64,000 nt of DNA from Macrostomum lignano (taxonomy: Eukaryota): positions 1 to 64,000 of the forward strand of contig NIVC01000347.1 of NCBI GenBank assembly GCA_002269645.1, in the 5' to 3' direction. How positions within the stretch are numbered: the first letter of the stretch is position 1; each line of letters opens with the position of its first letter. Positions 51,701 through 62,833 of the stretch are shown here, one piece after another. The position numbers and the translations under genes were made by a program. The notes beneath the pieces were generated by a model. That model worked only from the letters and a program-made list of their open reading frames with translations. It was not told the DNA's origin and ran no database searches.

Positions 51701-52112
51701 TCACCTGACGCCTACCTAAACTCACCTGACACCTACATAACCTCACCTGACGCCCACTGAAATCCCACAGCCCTCAGTCCGAGCCGTGGTATTTTTCATT
51801 GGCGCAGACATGGCTGCCAAATTGGACCAGTCAAGCAGTCTGGAGAGCCGCATGCTGAAGGCCTGTTTCGGTCAGCCACGCTGCGAAGTGCTCATGCTCA
51901 TGGACGAAGGCGTGGACCTGTCCGAAAAGGCCCAGTCGCGAGTGAACTGGCAACAAGCCAACCGGTTCGTGCTGTCTGTTCCTGACGATGAAATTGAATG
52001 GCGCAACTTCCTGGTACGACTGGCCAACCTGCCTGGGCCGCCGCTGCCTCCGCAAACGCCAATGTTTGACCAGCCGGAGTCTGTCAACAGCGTCTCCGTT
52101 GTTGCAGTGTAG
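45759..52112 (+). CDS. 489-aa protein, putative death-fold (CARD-like) N-terminus + TIR/SEFIR-like C-terminus, 4 exons
   Basis: Exons 45759-46040, 48721-49065, 50642-51142 and 51771-52112 with canonical GT-AG sites, all phase 0, giving an open frame. The gene model is strong. Domain identity is inferred only from secondary-structure-like patterning. Confidence 0.75.
46340..48495 (-). mobile_element. Internally deleted Mag-type Ty3/Gypsy LTR retrotransposon (2156 bp)
   Basis: Full 5' LTR 48173-48495 (TG..CA); truncated 3' LTR 46340-46499; 5-bp TSD AATAG (46335-46339 / 48496-48500). Single gag-pro-RT frame from ATG 48160 with one TGA at 47996-47998, two Cys/His knuckles, MQVDTGA protease, and RT ending at LDLSECYLQFPLDE. 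Confidence 0.95.
48158..48171 (-). other. Primer binding site, tRNA-Ser(GCU)-like
   Basis: TGGCGACGAGGATG is complementary to the tRNA-Ser 3' end CATCCTCGTCGCCA. The gag ATG lies inside it. Confidence 0.8.
49107..50610 (+). repeat. ~22-29-bp minisatellite (GACACACCAGACACA[A/T]..GCATAGA) filling intron 2
   Basis: Two sub-arrays: ..AAAAAGCATAGAGTGACAC.. and then ..ATGCATAGAGACAC... Source of the CVWCVS/CLVCL ORFs. Confidence 0.97.
51180..51755 (+). repeat. 21-bp minisatellite CACCTGACACCTACCTAAACT filling intron 3
   Basis: ~27 units; the shadow ORF repeats SLGRCQV. Confidence 0.97.
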
Positions 52113-54625
52113 AATTTCTACTACTCAACTGGAATTTTTTCTCAACCATTAATTTGAAAATCGAATTATTTGAGTTTCTCATGTATCAAACAAGTGTCAA
52201 TCAGTTGTTTGATAATCCTTTTGATGATTCAATACTCATTTGAAAGCGCCAAAGGTTTTTAGAACACATTATAAAACCGCTCTGTGTGTTTTCGGTTTGT
52301 TTTGTTGTTATTCCAGACTATAATTGTAGCTTTTTTAAAGAGAATTTTCATTCTCTAAAACCGTTTCCATTGTAAATGAAAAAAACCATCGTCAGCTCTA
52401 TTAATTACATTGTTGTTTTCTGTGTTTAAAATTTTAAGCTATTAGCGACACACTGGTTAAAAAGACAGTTTAAAGCTTGGAGTTGTGCACTTCTATTTTG
52501 ACACGTTTGATTGTCCTGTTTTGATATTGATATTTTGCTAAGCGTTATTTAAATATCAGTTTCTTCCCGTGTTGTTTGTCTATTCCAGGTTTTTTTATTA
52601 ATTATCATTCGCGTTTCTCTGCAGCTTTTATTGTTGTCCTTTTTTTTAACGGGCTAGCTTCCGTGTTAATATAAACATTGTAAAGTAACATGACTTAATA
52701 AGTACGAAATAAGTACGAAGGGTACTTTGTTTACTGTGAGCGACGGGAATGTCCGAAGCCATGCCAAGAATGATTTGACATCCTGAGTAAATGGCATTAC
52801 TGCCCATTCCGCCGACTCCCCTGAGCAGGCACACAAGCGCACGGATACGTACGCAGTTATACGCACATGACCTAACTTTATCTGTCATTTTCAAGGCATG
52901 TACACTTCACTGTGCCTTGTGGGGTTGGCTCTCAACACCGTTAATTGCACGAGCAGAGCCAAGCCGAGATTCCAATTTAGCCCCTAATTAATGGAATCGA
53001 GCCTGGAGTTTAAAAGTATTATCAAGTTTTTACTACTTAAAATGTCAAATTGTTTTGTAGTTTTACCATTTAGCTGAGCAAATGTGCAAGGAATTTTGGC
53101 TGAAATTTCAGCTTATTTGGACTTTCCTGTCGTTCACAGTAAACGCAGGTCAGAATACCTGCAAACTCACCCTCTCGTTTGCTATATACACCCTTACTTT
53201 AATGAACTTCATTAATTTCAAGCGTAGCTCTTTGAGTTTTTTTATTTTTTATAATTGTTCTTTGTAGTGCATTAGGTACTTCGGGTGTGTCATAAGTAAT
53301 GTCGCTGATGTGAAAACAGACGAACTTGCAATCGCAGATAAACAAAACTGTACCACTCAACAATATAGAGTCCCCCAATATCAATCACCCTCTGGCAGTG
53401 CTCATATAGCTTGTCCACCTCAGCCTGCAGGTGTTTTTAATCCAACAGCCATAACCAGTGCAACGCGGCCTGTTTAACCTCTTCATGATTTGCGAAACTC
53501 CTCTTGGAAAAGTCAGCCTTTAGTCATTGGAACAGAAATCTGTCGCACAAGTTGAGGTCCGGGCTATAGGGACTCTGTCAGAGCAGATTCACTCGCCGTG
53601 CAGGTAGAAAATCCGAAACAGGCTTACAGGTGTGCGACCGTGCGGTGTCCACCTGCCACAGAACCTCGTCCAGGAGACATGGAATTTGACCGAAGAGTGC
53701 GCCAAAGGACCCCAGTGTGCCGGGAAAAAGCGGATAAAAACTACTGACAATCGAACTTGACGTTTAACCCTCGATGAGACATCTTTGTTTGGCGTAAAGG
53801 CCACCAGCAGCATGGTCTTCTTGTCCGAGACGGACCTCGTGGTCACGGTCGGCAGCAGACCCCAGCTCCCAACCAGCAGCGATTGTCTGCCTTGCTGCCC
53901 TTGCCATCCAGGTGGAGCCAGCTTTCATCCTCAGCAACCAGGCAGTTTAGGATGTCATTCAAGCCCCGGCTGCTAAACACCTTGCGGATCTGCTTGGTGC
54001 AGGCGTCTTGTCGAGATTCATGGTTATTTTTGTTCGCTGCATAGACGATTTTTCATCGCGTTGCACTTGCTAAATCTGCTTGGCGTATTCTTGCGATAGC
54101 TTGGGCCATAAACAACCTATGCACGTCTCAAATGCACTGCTATTGCTTCACTAAGTATACTTTGCAGCTACACTACCCACAAATCCATGTGCCTACATAT
54201 TTTAGACAGAGGCCTGCAGTGACATTACTTATGACACACCCGAAGTATAAAGTAAGTTTTTTAGGGAAATTGTGAAAGTAACGTCAATACGAGCGTAGTA
54301 TGAGCGATTAAGGAATTAACGAAATCTTATGTATGTTTGTTTAAAAAACTACGAGCACTTAAAAATAAACAACGATTATGTTCTTGAAAGCAAGGAAACA
54401 ATTCTGCTTCGATCTATGCTTAAACTGCTTCTACAGAAGAAGAAAATTACAGCGCTGTGGAAATCTCCGAAAAACCAAGGATAGCATTGCATTGTATTTG
54501 TCGTCAGCTTTTATACTAAAAATTTTCTCTGACAGGTAGGCTTTGGATAGTGCCAATGATTCTTCTAGAAACACAATGTAATTGTTCAGATTCGAGTGGT
54601 TTGTGGCAATAAAATCCGTAAAGTC

Positions 54626-55095
54626 GTGCTGAAGGAGGCGAAGGAGGTCCTCGATCGGTCGCTGGCAGTTCGACAATTAGAGGATCGGGTCGAGGAACAT
54701 GCAAGGGACCATGGATGTTCAGGGATGAATCATGCATAGCAGATTTCAAGGACTCATTCGTCCATGATTCTGGGTCTAGGGCTCATATTCTCACGCGTTT
54801 GGCTAATTGAAGAAGCAGCTTGGACGTTGCGACTATATATTAAGCAGTTTATCGAGCTGGGTTTGGATAGAGTGGAAGGCATTCAAGCTCGAGTCGCTGA
54901 TGAAGCTACTTACGGAAAACAAGCAGAGATGCTGCATCGCTTGAAATTATGTAAAGTTCTTGTTCTGAATTCTTTCTAGTGAGGACAGCTGGTTTGACCA
55001 CTTCCCTGGTGAACAGCGAGAAACACTTGACTGTCGTGGTTCCATGCAGTGAAGGAGGTCGATCAGCAGCTGTGCTGTGATTGGTCGGGAGGCAG
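54626..55095 (+). pseudogene. Decayed inverted paralogous fragment of the IFIT-like gene 3' region
   Basis: GTGCTGAAGGAGGCGAAGGAGGTCCTCGATCGGTCGCTGGCAGTTCG, GAAGGCATTCAAGCTCGAGTCGCTGATGAAGCT and GTGAGGACAGCTGG match the minus strand of 57245-56790, with indels. Confidence 0.9.
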
Positions 55096-55759
55096 ACGTG
55101 TAAACGCCCGAACTCTCACTTCCAGACCGCAAGTCTGCAAGGGAACAATTTATTTCTCATTTACTGTTGCTGCAGGCTCCTCTTATAGTAGTTCCAGTGC
55201 GCGTAGTTCTCTTCTTCGAATCTGGAATTACATGTAGCCGTACACGAGTGCAGATTTTCTTTGCGAAAATTATTCAGTCTAACACAGTGATGCGCCCTAA
55301 TAATCAATTTACTATCGGCAATCAGGTCCACCAGAAAGTTCCCGTCTTCTTTCAGCTAATCATGATTTATCTCTTGTGTCATACATAGCAACATCATCAT
55401 GCTTTTATAAATTTACTGGGTGTGTACTCTACTTATAGTAGGGATTTATGAATGGTCTAACTCTACAGGCCGGAGTCGGAGCTGATGAGGCCACTCCGAG
55501 TTGCCAGGTAAAGTGGCACTCAAAGTCTTTCAATATCAAAATTCGGGAACATTATGTGATGTTTAACGCTCGTATTGTGCATGACAGAAGTAGGTTTTCT
55601 GGAACGTTAATCCCAGCGATCATCGAACTAGGTTATAACCATTTTTACACTGCCTTTTATCGATGGAGATGGATTAAAACTGTTTCAGTGCTTGTTTCCA
55701 CCAAGTATTGCAAGAAAATCGCCTGCTGAATTTTTTAAATGTATCAATAGTGATATTAT

Positions 55760-55945
55760 CCTTGGCTTTGGGTGGGGGAATTATCATATGGATAGGGGGG
55801 GGGCATTATCTTTGGGTAGGGGAATTATCATATGGGTAGGGGGGGCGTTATCTTTGGGTAGGTATATTATCCTTGAGTAAGGATATACACTATTCCTTTC
55901 AGGTAAGGTTATTACCCTTTTAGGGGTGTTATCTTTGGGTAGCAA
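55760..55945. repeat. Short degenerate tandem repeat (ATTATC...GGGTAGGGG)
   Basis: Repeated TTATCTTTGGGTAG / TTATCATATGG(A/G)TAGGGGGG units. Confidence 0.6.
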
Positions 55946-56627
55946 AAATATTATCCCTTTTTTGTTGCCTCTCCTATGGGGGCCGAAGGTTGCTAGTCTA
56001 ACTTCTCAAATTCTCCCTGCTTGTCAAGGCCCTCTTCTCTTAGCAAAGCAAGTAAGGTTTATACGACCTGGAAGTAAATTATCTTTGCCGTTTTGTAGAA
56101 TCTTCAAAATTGAAAGCAATAAGCGACGAACTTTATATTTTGTTCAAATAGCAATCAAGAGTGCGCTAAACAAGGTGTCGCTACCCAGGAAACATCGAAA
56201 TATTTAAAGTTTGTAAATTTACGGTTATGGACTGATGTAATATCAATAGATACACCGTACTTATGAGTAACCTGTTTTAAAACTCTTACATAAAACTCAT
56301 GACTACAAAAACGAGTATAAAAAAACTCTTGATTCGTTGCTGTGCGACTTAAACCTCTCAGCAAAGTTACAGGAGAAACGCTTGCAACCAGACAAAAATT
56401 TGAGTTATCTTGAGAATTGTGGATTGGCATATTGAGTTTGACTCAATAATAGTTTCGTATGCAAAAAATAGAATAAAAAACTTAAACTCTAAAAAATAAA
56501 GTAATCGAATTCAATCAACTTACATGCAATACCGAATCTACGAGTAGCTATAGCGATTAAAAAACACTTTCAGTAGAACGGAGAAAATATCACTCTTACT
56601 TGCGATGAGACGCATGTAAGCTTAATG

Positions 56628-59256
56628 TTAAGCCTCTCGTTGCAACTCAGACTTATTCTTCTGGTTCTGAGCACCAGAAGCAGATAAACTTGAGACGCCA
56701 ACTCCATCGGAGAAGACGGCCCACGTCTCCTCAGCGAACTCTGCTGCCAGATGCGCCACGTCGTAGGCCGCCCTTCGACACTCTCCGCCTCCCGACCAAT
56801 CAGATTTGAGCTGCTGATTGAGCCCCTTGACTGCAATCTCAGTCGAGTGCTTCTCGCTGTTTACTGGGTAGACCCAGCGGACAATCCAGCTGTCCTCACT
56901 TGACAGAATTCTGTGCTCACGACTCACCATGAAGTTAAAGACGTCTCTGGTGTCTCTCGATTGGTGAAAGTTGGGATCAATTCGCTTCAATTCTTCTAGC
57001 AGGCATTTTCGCACCTTTTCAAGCGATGCAGCATCTTTGTTTTCTTTGAGCAGCTTCATCAGCGACTCGAGCTCGAATGCCTTCCGCTCTGTCTCCGAAC
57101 TCAGCTGTTTGAACTGCTTTTTATAGTCATCTCCAAGCTGCTTCTTTAACTGGCCAAACGCGTGAGGGTATGAAAACTCTCGACCCGATCCCTTAAGCCG
57201 AACTGCCAGCGACCGATCGAGGACTTCCTTTGCCTCCTTCAGCACCGAGACGATCATGTTGTTCATTTCTTGAAGTCCTATGTCAGTCTCTTTTATCTGC
57301 AGCTTCGTCATGAGAAATCGATTCGATCTCATGAGGTTTCCGCGATCGCCAGCGCCTTCAGCTGACCGAGTCGAGCCCGCCTTGCTCGTTAGCAGATTGA
57401 GCTCCAAGAACTCAAGCAATTCTGAGCTTTACAGACTTCTTGAAATCGTCCGAATCCAATTCAGTTTCAATAAAGAAGCTGCTGGAATCGTCCAGAGTGA
57501 GTTCGATCTTGGCGCACAGGTCGTACAATTCTCGGCGGAAGAACAGCGGGTCTTTTCCAGCTTGAGATGATGTTGACGCATCCGCCATCACCCTTTCGGC
57601 AGTTTTCTGTTCGGACTTTCGACGCTCGAGAATGTCGAAAATTCGAGGAGCCGCATCGCGACATCCGCACTCGAGACACTCCATCAACTTCGTCAAATCT
57701 GAGGCGGGGTCTCTGAGTAGCGACTCAGCTATCAGTGCTTGCTTGTTCTCGTAATCACTGGACAATTTTCTAAAACTTGCAGCGGCCTTAGAAAATTCAC
57801 CATTCTTCATAAAATGGCGACCCAGATGCTCCAGAGCGAAATCGTTTTTGTCGTCTCGCCCCAGAGCCGTCCTGTAGAGGCCTTCGACGTCGAGCTGAAC
57901 TTTGAATGTCCCGATGTTTTCGGCGTACCAAGCCAGGTACTCTTCAAACCCTTCCTGATTCTGGTTCAGCAGTCGAAGAAAGTTTTCCTTCTGGTTGGGC
58001 CATATTTGGTCCAAGGTTTTCTCAGCGTCAAAGGCAGCAACGCACGATTCTACAGCCTCCTTTGTTTCTCCAATTTTCATTAGGTACATGGCCTTGTAAA
58101 ACTCGACTGTGGCGACATTTTTGTTGTAGACCCTAAAGGTTTCTCGCAGAGAGTCGTACGCGTCTACAGCTGTGTCTTTTCCCCATTGTTCTCGCTGAAG
58201 CTCTATAATTTTCAACTCAATCCAGATGTGACCCGGCTCACCTGCTTATTCCTGGCCCTCTTCAAGCAGCTGGACCGCCTCCTCTCTATGGCCGGAGCTT
58301 AGAGCTTCTTTGGAAAGCTCAAGGAAGAATCCAGGATCGTCAGATACGCTTGCCACTTCTTTAGCATCCTCAAACAGCCGATTTCTAATGGCCTTTAAAT
58401 TGTTTGAGTTTGACTTTCTTAAAAGATACCGAAACACTTTCAGGCAAATTATGTACACGACTTGTGACTGCTCTTTCTGCTCTTTATCCATTCCTAGTAG
58501 AAGATTTGCAGCCTTTTCGGCCAAGCCTTGGCACAGACTGGAATACCGGTAGTTGTGCAGAATGGCTTCAGCATAGTTCGCGTAGAATGTAGCCGTCGTG
58601 AGACCTTTCTTCTCACCGACGTCTTTTGCCCTTCTCCATAGGTCCAACTGAACTCTGTCAGCGTGTTTATTAGCCGTCTGCCTATCGCAACGAGCTCTTA
58701 AGTAGGCTTCGCCATAGAGCCAGTAGAAGTTGCACGCCTTGCTGTGGTCCAATAGGATCCTTGACGCCTCGGCGAAGGCACTGGCGCCAATGGCGTATTT
58801 CATTGGACCAAAGCAGTCGAAAGCGACTCCCTTCGCTGCAAACGCTCGAGCCTTGCTGTTTGGGTCGAGTTCGTTCAGTCTCTGCATGTCTGTTTCGAGT
58901 TCTTCAGGTCTTAGTGGCCTGCCTTTTCCTCTGCTCAGCTGCTTGAGGTGCAGCATGTCGGCCCTGATAACCAACTCGCTTGACACCATGCAGTCTTCCT
59001 GACTGTCTTGCTGTATTTGTGCATCAATTTCCAACGCTTCATCGAGATGTTTCTTGGCCAAGTCGAACTTTTTGACGCGTCTGCGAGTGTACAGGTATGC
59101 TATGGTTGCCAGGTATGCGGCCTTTTTGTGAGGCTCGCGCGTTATCTTTTTCTTCGTCTTTTCGATCACTTCATCGATGTTTGAGTTTGTGCAGTTATCA
59201 TCTGGTTTCCAGGTGAAATGGCACTCCAGCTGGTCTAGCGACTGCAGGCTAGTCAT
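56628..59256 (-). pseudogene. IFIT-like TPR protein with extra C-terminal domain (~875 codons, intronless); one in-frame TAA and one frameshift
   Basis: N-terminus SLDQLECHFTW...LATIAYL...ELVIRAD...AKGVAFDCFGPMKYAIGASAFAEA parallels IFIT SLEQLRCHFTW...NLLAYV...LVTWGN...[23 protein letters not shown] (recalled). ORFs 58246..59256 and 57412..58215 are in one frame separated only by TAA 58246-58248. ORF 56628..57419 continues after a +1 shift near 57420-57435. Confidence 0.82.
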
Positions 59257-59296
59257 GGATATTTGGAAGTTTTAGTTCCTTGTTGGCTCGTGAAAC

Positions 59297-59303
59297 ATTT
59301 ATA
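59297..59303 (-). promoter_or_regulatory. Candidate TATA box of the IFIT-like gene
   Basis: TATAAAT 41 nt upstream of the ATG at 59256. Confidence 0.45.
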
Positions 59304-60259
59304 GCATTTATGTGCCCTTAAGAGCAAGCATATATGCATTATATGCCAGCTTCAAGTACTGTCTACTGCTTAAAATGAGACTTGTGCGCTCCCATTATGT
59401 TCAGCTGTGATTGTAGAAGGTATGAATGTACGTAATAGTAGACGTTTATTTCTCTTACCCAATTTTCATTGCACTTCAACGTACAGCTTTAACTGTTCAA
59501 AAGGCTATATACAATATTTTAGTACCTTGTATGCCCAGAATGCGCATTTATTCGTGCAAGCATTATATACAAGTTGAAAGTACTGTCAGCAGCCAAAATG
59601 AGACGAATCCACTTTCAAAATGCTCTTTAATGGCCGGTGGGTATGAATGTTTGCAGCAGAAAGTTCTGTTTGCCTTACTGAAATCTGCACTTTACGAAAT
59701 TATTATTCTAAGGACTGTTTAAGACAGTTGCATTTGCAGTGGAGCAGCCAAAAGGGGAGATGGGGGAGACGAAATCCGTTCTCCAAAGTGGTAGGTGGCG
59801 CTACACCCTCCGCTTGTCATCCAGCATGAATGTAAAGTATAGAAAGACGCAAAATTTTTCCTAACCCACTTAACGAACTTTCACTGTCCAGTCCAGAGCG
59901 CCGTACAGCTGATCTGTGTACGCTATACAAGACAGACCACTGTACAGACAATAAATGAAATTTAATGGAAATTTTTCCGGAAAGAAGGTTTTTTCAAGCC
60001 ATAAGAAATCATTTCTACTGCATTTAGATTTTTACATGTATATCTTTTTACATGTGTTTCTGGCAATGTTTTTTGCGGAATATTCGTACACATTTGCCAA
60101 TACGAGTAAAAAGCCAAGACGATGTAAAAATTGTATTCAGTTCAGAGTCATTCTTATGCTTAGATCCATAATTTTATTCTCTTGCTCCAACCTCAACATT
60201 GTTACCCCTCCTTTGTGGGAAGAAATGGGATGCTCCGAGGGCACGGATAGCGGCTGCTG

Positions 60260-62830
60260 CTACTACATATCGCGCCAAAAGTGGTTGATTTTCAGATGTT
60301 TTGACGCAAAAAACGCAAATTATACTACTATCTGAAAATGAAGTAAGTTCTGATTCAGGATTCAGGATTCAGTGCATCTAAAAGAGGCTGTTGGGAGCTT
60401 CAGAACTGAGAATAACGTTTAAAATAGCATCAATGGCATGATTTAGTAATCGAAATCAATCGAACACTGAAAACTTTAAGTTTAATAGCAGACTGTGTTT
60501 TTAGCCCCAATTTTTACAGTGTCTATACAATATTTCCCCAGCTTCTTGGGCAATATACATGCCTATTTGAATGATTAAACAGCATTTGTGATGATTTATT
60601 AGCTAACATTATTATCTCTATTGATAAAATGACAGATTTCGATCCATAAAGTAAGCATTTTAACGTTAAAAATCGAAAAAATGAGGAAAACTCGTGTTTT
60701 TCATGAAAAAGTTTGCATTTCTAATAATTTAGCCTCTATTAACCATTTCTTAGGCTGGGCTGGCTTGTGGACTTCCGTGTGGGATCATTCTTGCTTCGAA
60801 GCCGTCTCAAGTAAAGTTGAAACGGCATTTGGGCAAATTAGCTGTTGAAATTATGGTTTCCAGTGATGAAATTACTGATTTTGATCAACAAAGTCTAACT
60901 TTTAATGTTAAAATTAAAGAAACAGGAGAAAATTCGCCTTTTATGAAATGACGGAATTCCAACTTGGAGAGGTCCGTGGGTATTTCATTCCTGCTTCGAG
61001 CGATCGAACTTTCATAGAGTCTGAAAGCTTTTAGTGAGAGGGTAGTGGAAGCGATAGAATTGGCATAGCAGCACGTTTTTGGGCGGGTGGACTTCACTAC
61101 TTCTAGTATACCGCATTGGTTATAGTGCCAAAGTATTTCTTTGACAAAACACATCTATAGAATTCAGTCTCGGAATTGTATGCAGAGGAGACACTGATTC
61201 ATAGGCTGTGTACATTGACAGATGCAGGGGTATTGGGTCGATGCAGTTGGAGGTTGACTCGGATTTGCTCAGATTCGTGGGGTTGATGTGTGCATTGAAA
61301 GTTAGTTTCTTGCTAACTGGGGCGGCATGGATGACGTAATTGGAGAAGAGGGGTTTTGCTGAATGAGGTTTAATATAGGGTCCGTGCTGTGAAAAGATCT
61401 GTTTGTACACTGAAAATGGAGAGAGGGGTCGAAATTCCTTGGCATTTAGAAGGGTGCAGAGAGAAACAGGGACGAGTGGTTCAATTCGATTTGCTATATA
61501 GGGGTCTGCTGAGGGGTGGATGTTTTCGAACAAGTCTTGGGGTTGAATTTTGAATATGGCCGGAGATAAAGGGTGATTCAACATGCAACATAATTAATTC
61601 CATAGTGTACACCAGCGTCAGTGGCATATTTTGCGGATAAAGTGCGACAAGGGTCTTGTATCATCCGCACTGTGATACGAAACATATAAAACATTGCTTT
61701 CACAGTCTTGAATTTAGAGACCGACTAAATAAATCGTATACGTATCATATATATACGTCTTTTGAAAACTTTTTTGACTCGGGGAGAGGGGTTGGGAATG
61801 ACGTAATTGTCTCGGAGTGGCGACGAGGGCTGAATTCTAGAGGGATGAAGTATAAAAGGAGTGGATATAACAGTGTGGACAGCAATTTTTGGCTAACTCA
61901 TGCCTCCTCCGCCAATTTTGGGGATGGGCGGCGGTTTCTGCGTACACTGTTTGCTTTTTGAGGGTCAGCGGAATATGAAGAGTTAATTCTTGGATGTGCG
62001 GCCGCTTTGCAAATTTTGGGTATAATTTGGGTGGGTGGGCGCTTCTGCATGCTCTCTGTTTCAACTATTGAAAATTGAAAATATTGAAAATATTTTGAAA
62101 ATATTTTGAAATACTATTGAAAATAGTTGAAAATAAACATGATATCAGCTTTTTCAATATAAAAATGTAAAATTATGAATGTAATCTTTTTCAGTAAGAA
62201 TCTCGACTTGTAAACTCTACTAATGGTAGTATGGCGTAATCAGTTACATTTGGTTTTGAGTAATTCACATATAAATATGCATATATGACGTGTTCTGTAA
62301 AACTTGGATGTTAGTTGACTCATTTGGTAGTAGGTGAGATTGTACAGTTGGCGCGCACACACCGACCCACCTCTGCGCATATACTGTGCTGTACACGTAA
62401 CAATTAGTGTTTCGAGTTGTACATATAATCTTGTGGGGTTGACGATTCAAATACGCAGAGCGGGGGCCGTCGTGTAGATTGGGGATTAATGTACATAATG
62501 TACTGTACATATAAAAATTGTCATAGAAGTAGATTAATGCGCAAGTGTACATATAGAAGGATTGTACAAGTTGACAATACACATGTAGAATTGGGATAGA
62601 CATGGAAGTAGACAATGTACATTTACAATTTGAGATAGATAGGGATTAATGCAGTACATGGGATTAATGTACATATATGAGCACATGGATTATTACGACT
62701 ACATATTGCCATATCACGCTTAGGATAGCGTTGTTGTATACTACTTACTTCATTTTCAGATAGTAGTATAATTTGCGTTTTTTGCGTCAAAACATCTGAA
62801 AATCAACCACTTTTGGTGCGATATGTAGTG
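60260..62830. mobile_element. CACTA/EnSpm-like non-autonomous DNA transposon (2.57 kb)
   Basis: 88-bp TIRs at 60261-60348 and 62743-62830. Right end reads CACTACATATCGC; left end reads C(T)ACTACATATCGC. 3-bp direct repeat CTG on both flanks. Subterminal repeats GGGATTAATG at ~62482, 62642 and 62660. Confidence 0.75.
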
Positions 62831-62833
62831 CTG

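Noticed and set aside
58216-58248. Intron or selenocysteine/readthrough explanation for the stop in the IFIT-like gene
   Set aside because: The GTGAG donor-like site lies after the TAA, so splicing would not remove it. The codon is TAA rather than TGA, and both sides are in the same frame.
61818-61828. TGGCGACGAGG, identical to the tRNA-Ser PBS core
   Set aside because: There is no adjacent LTR end and no gag downstream; treated as chance or an unresolvable relic.
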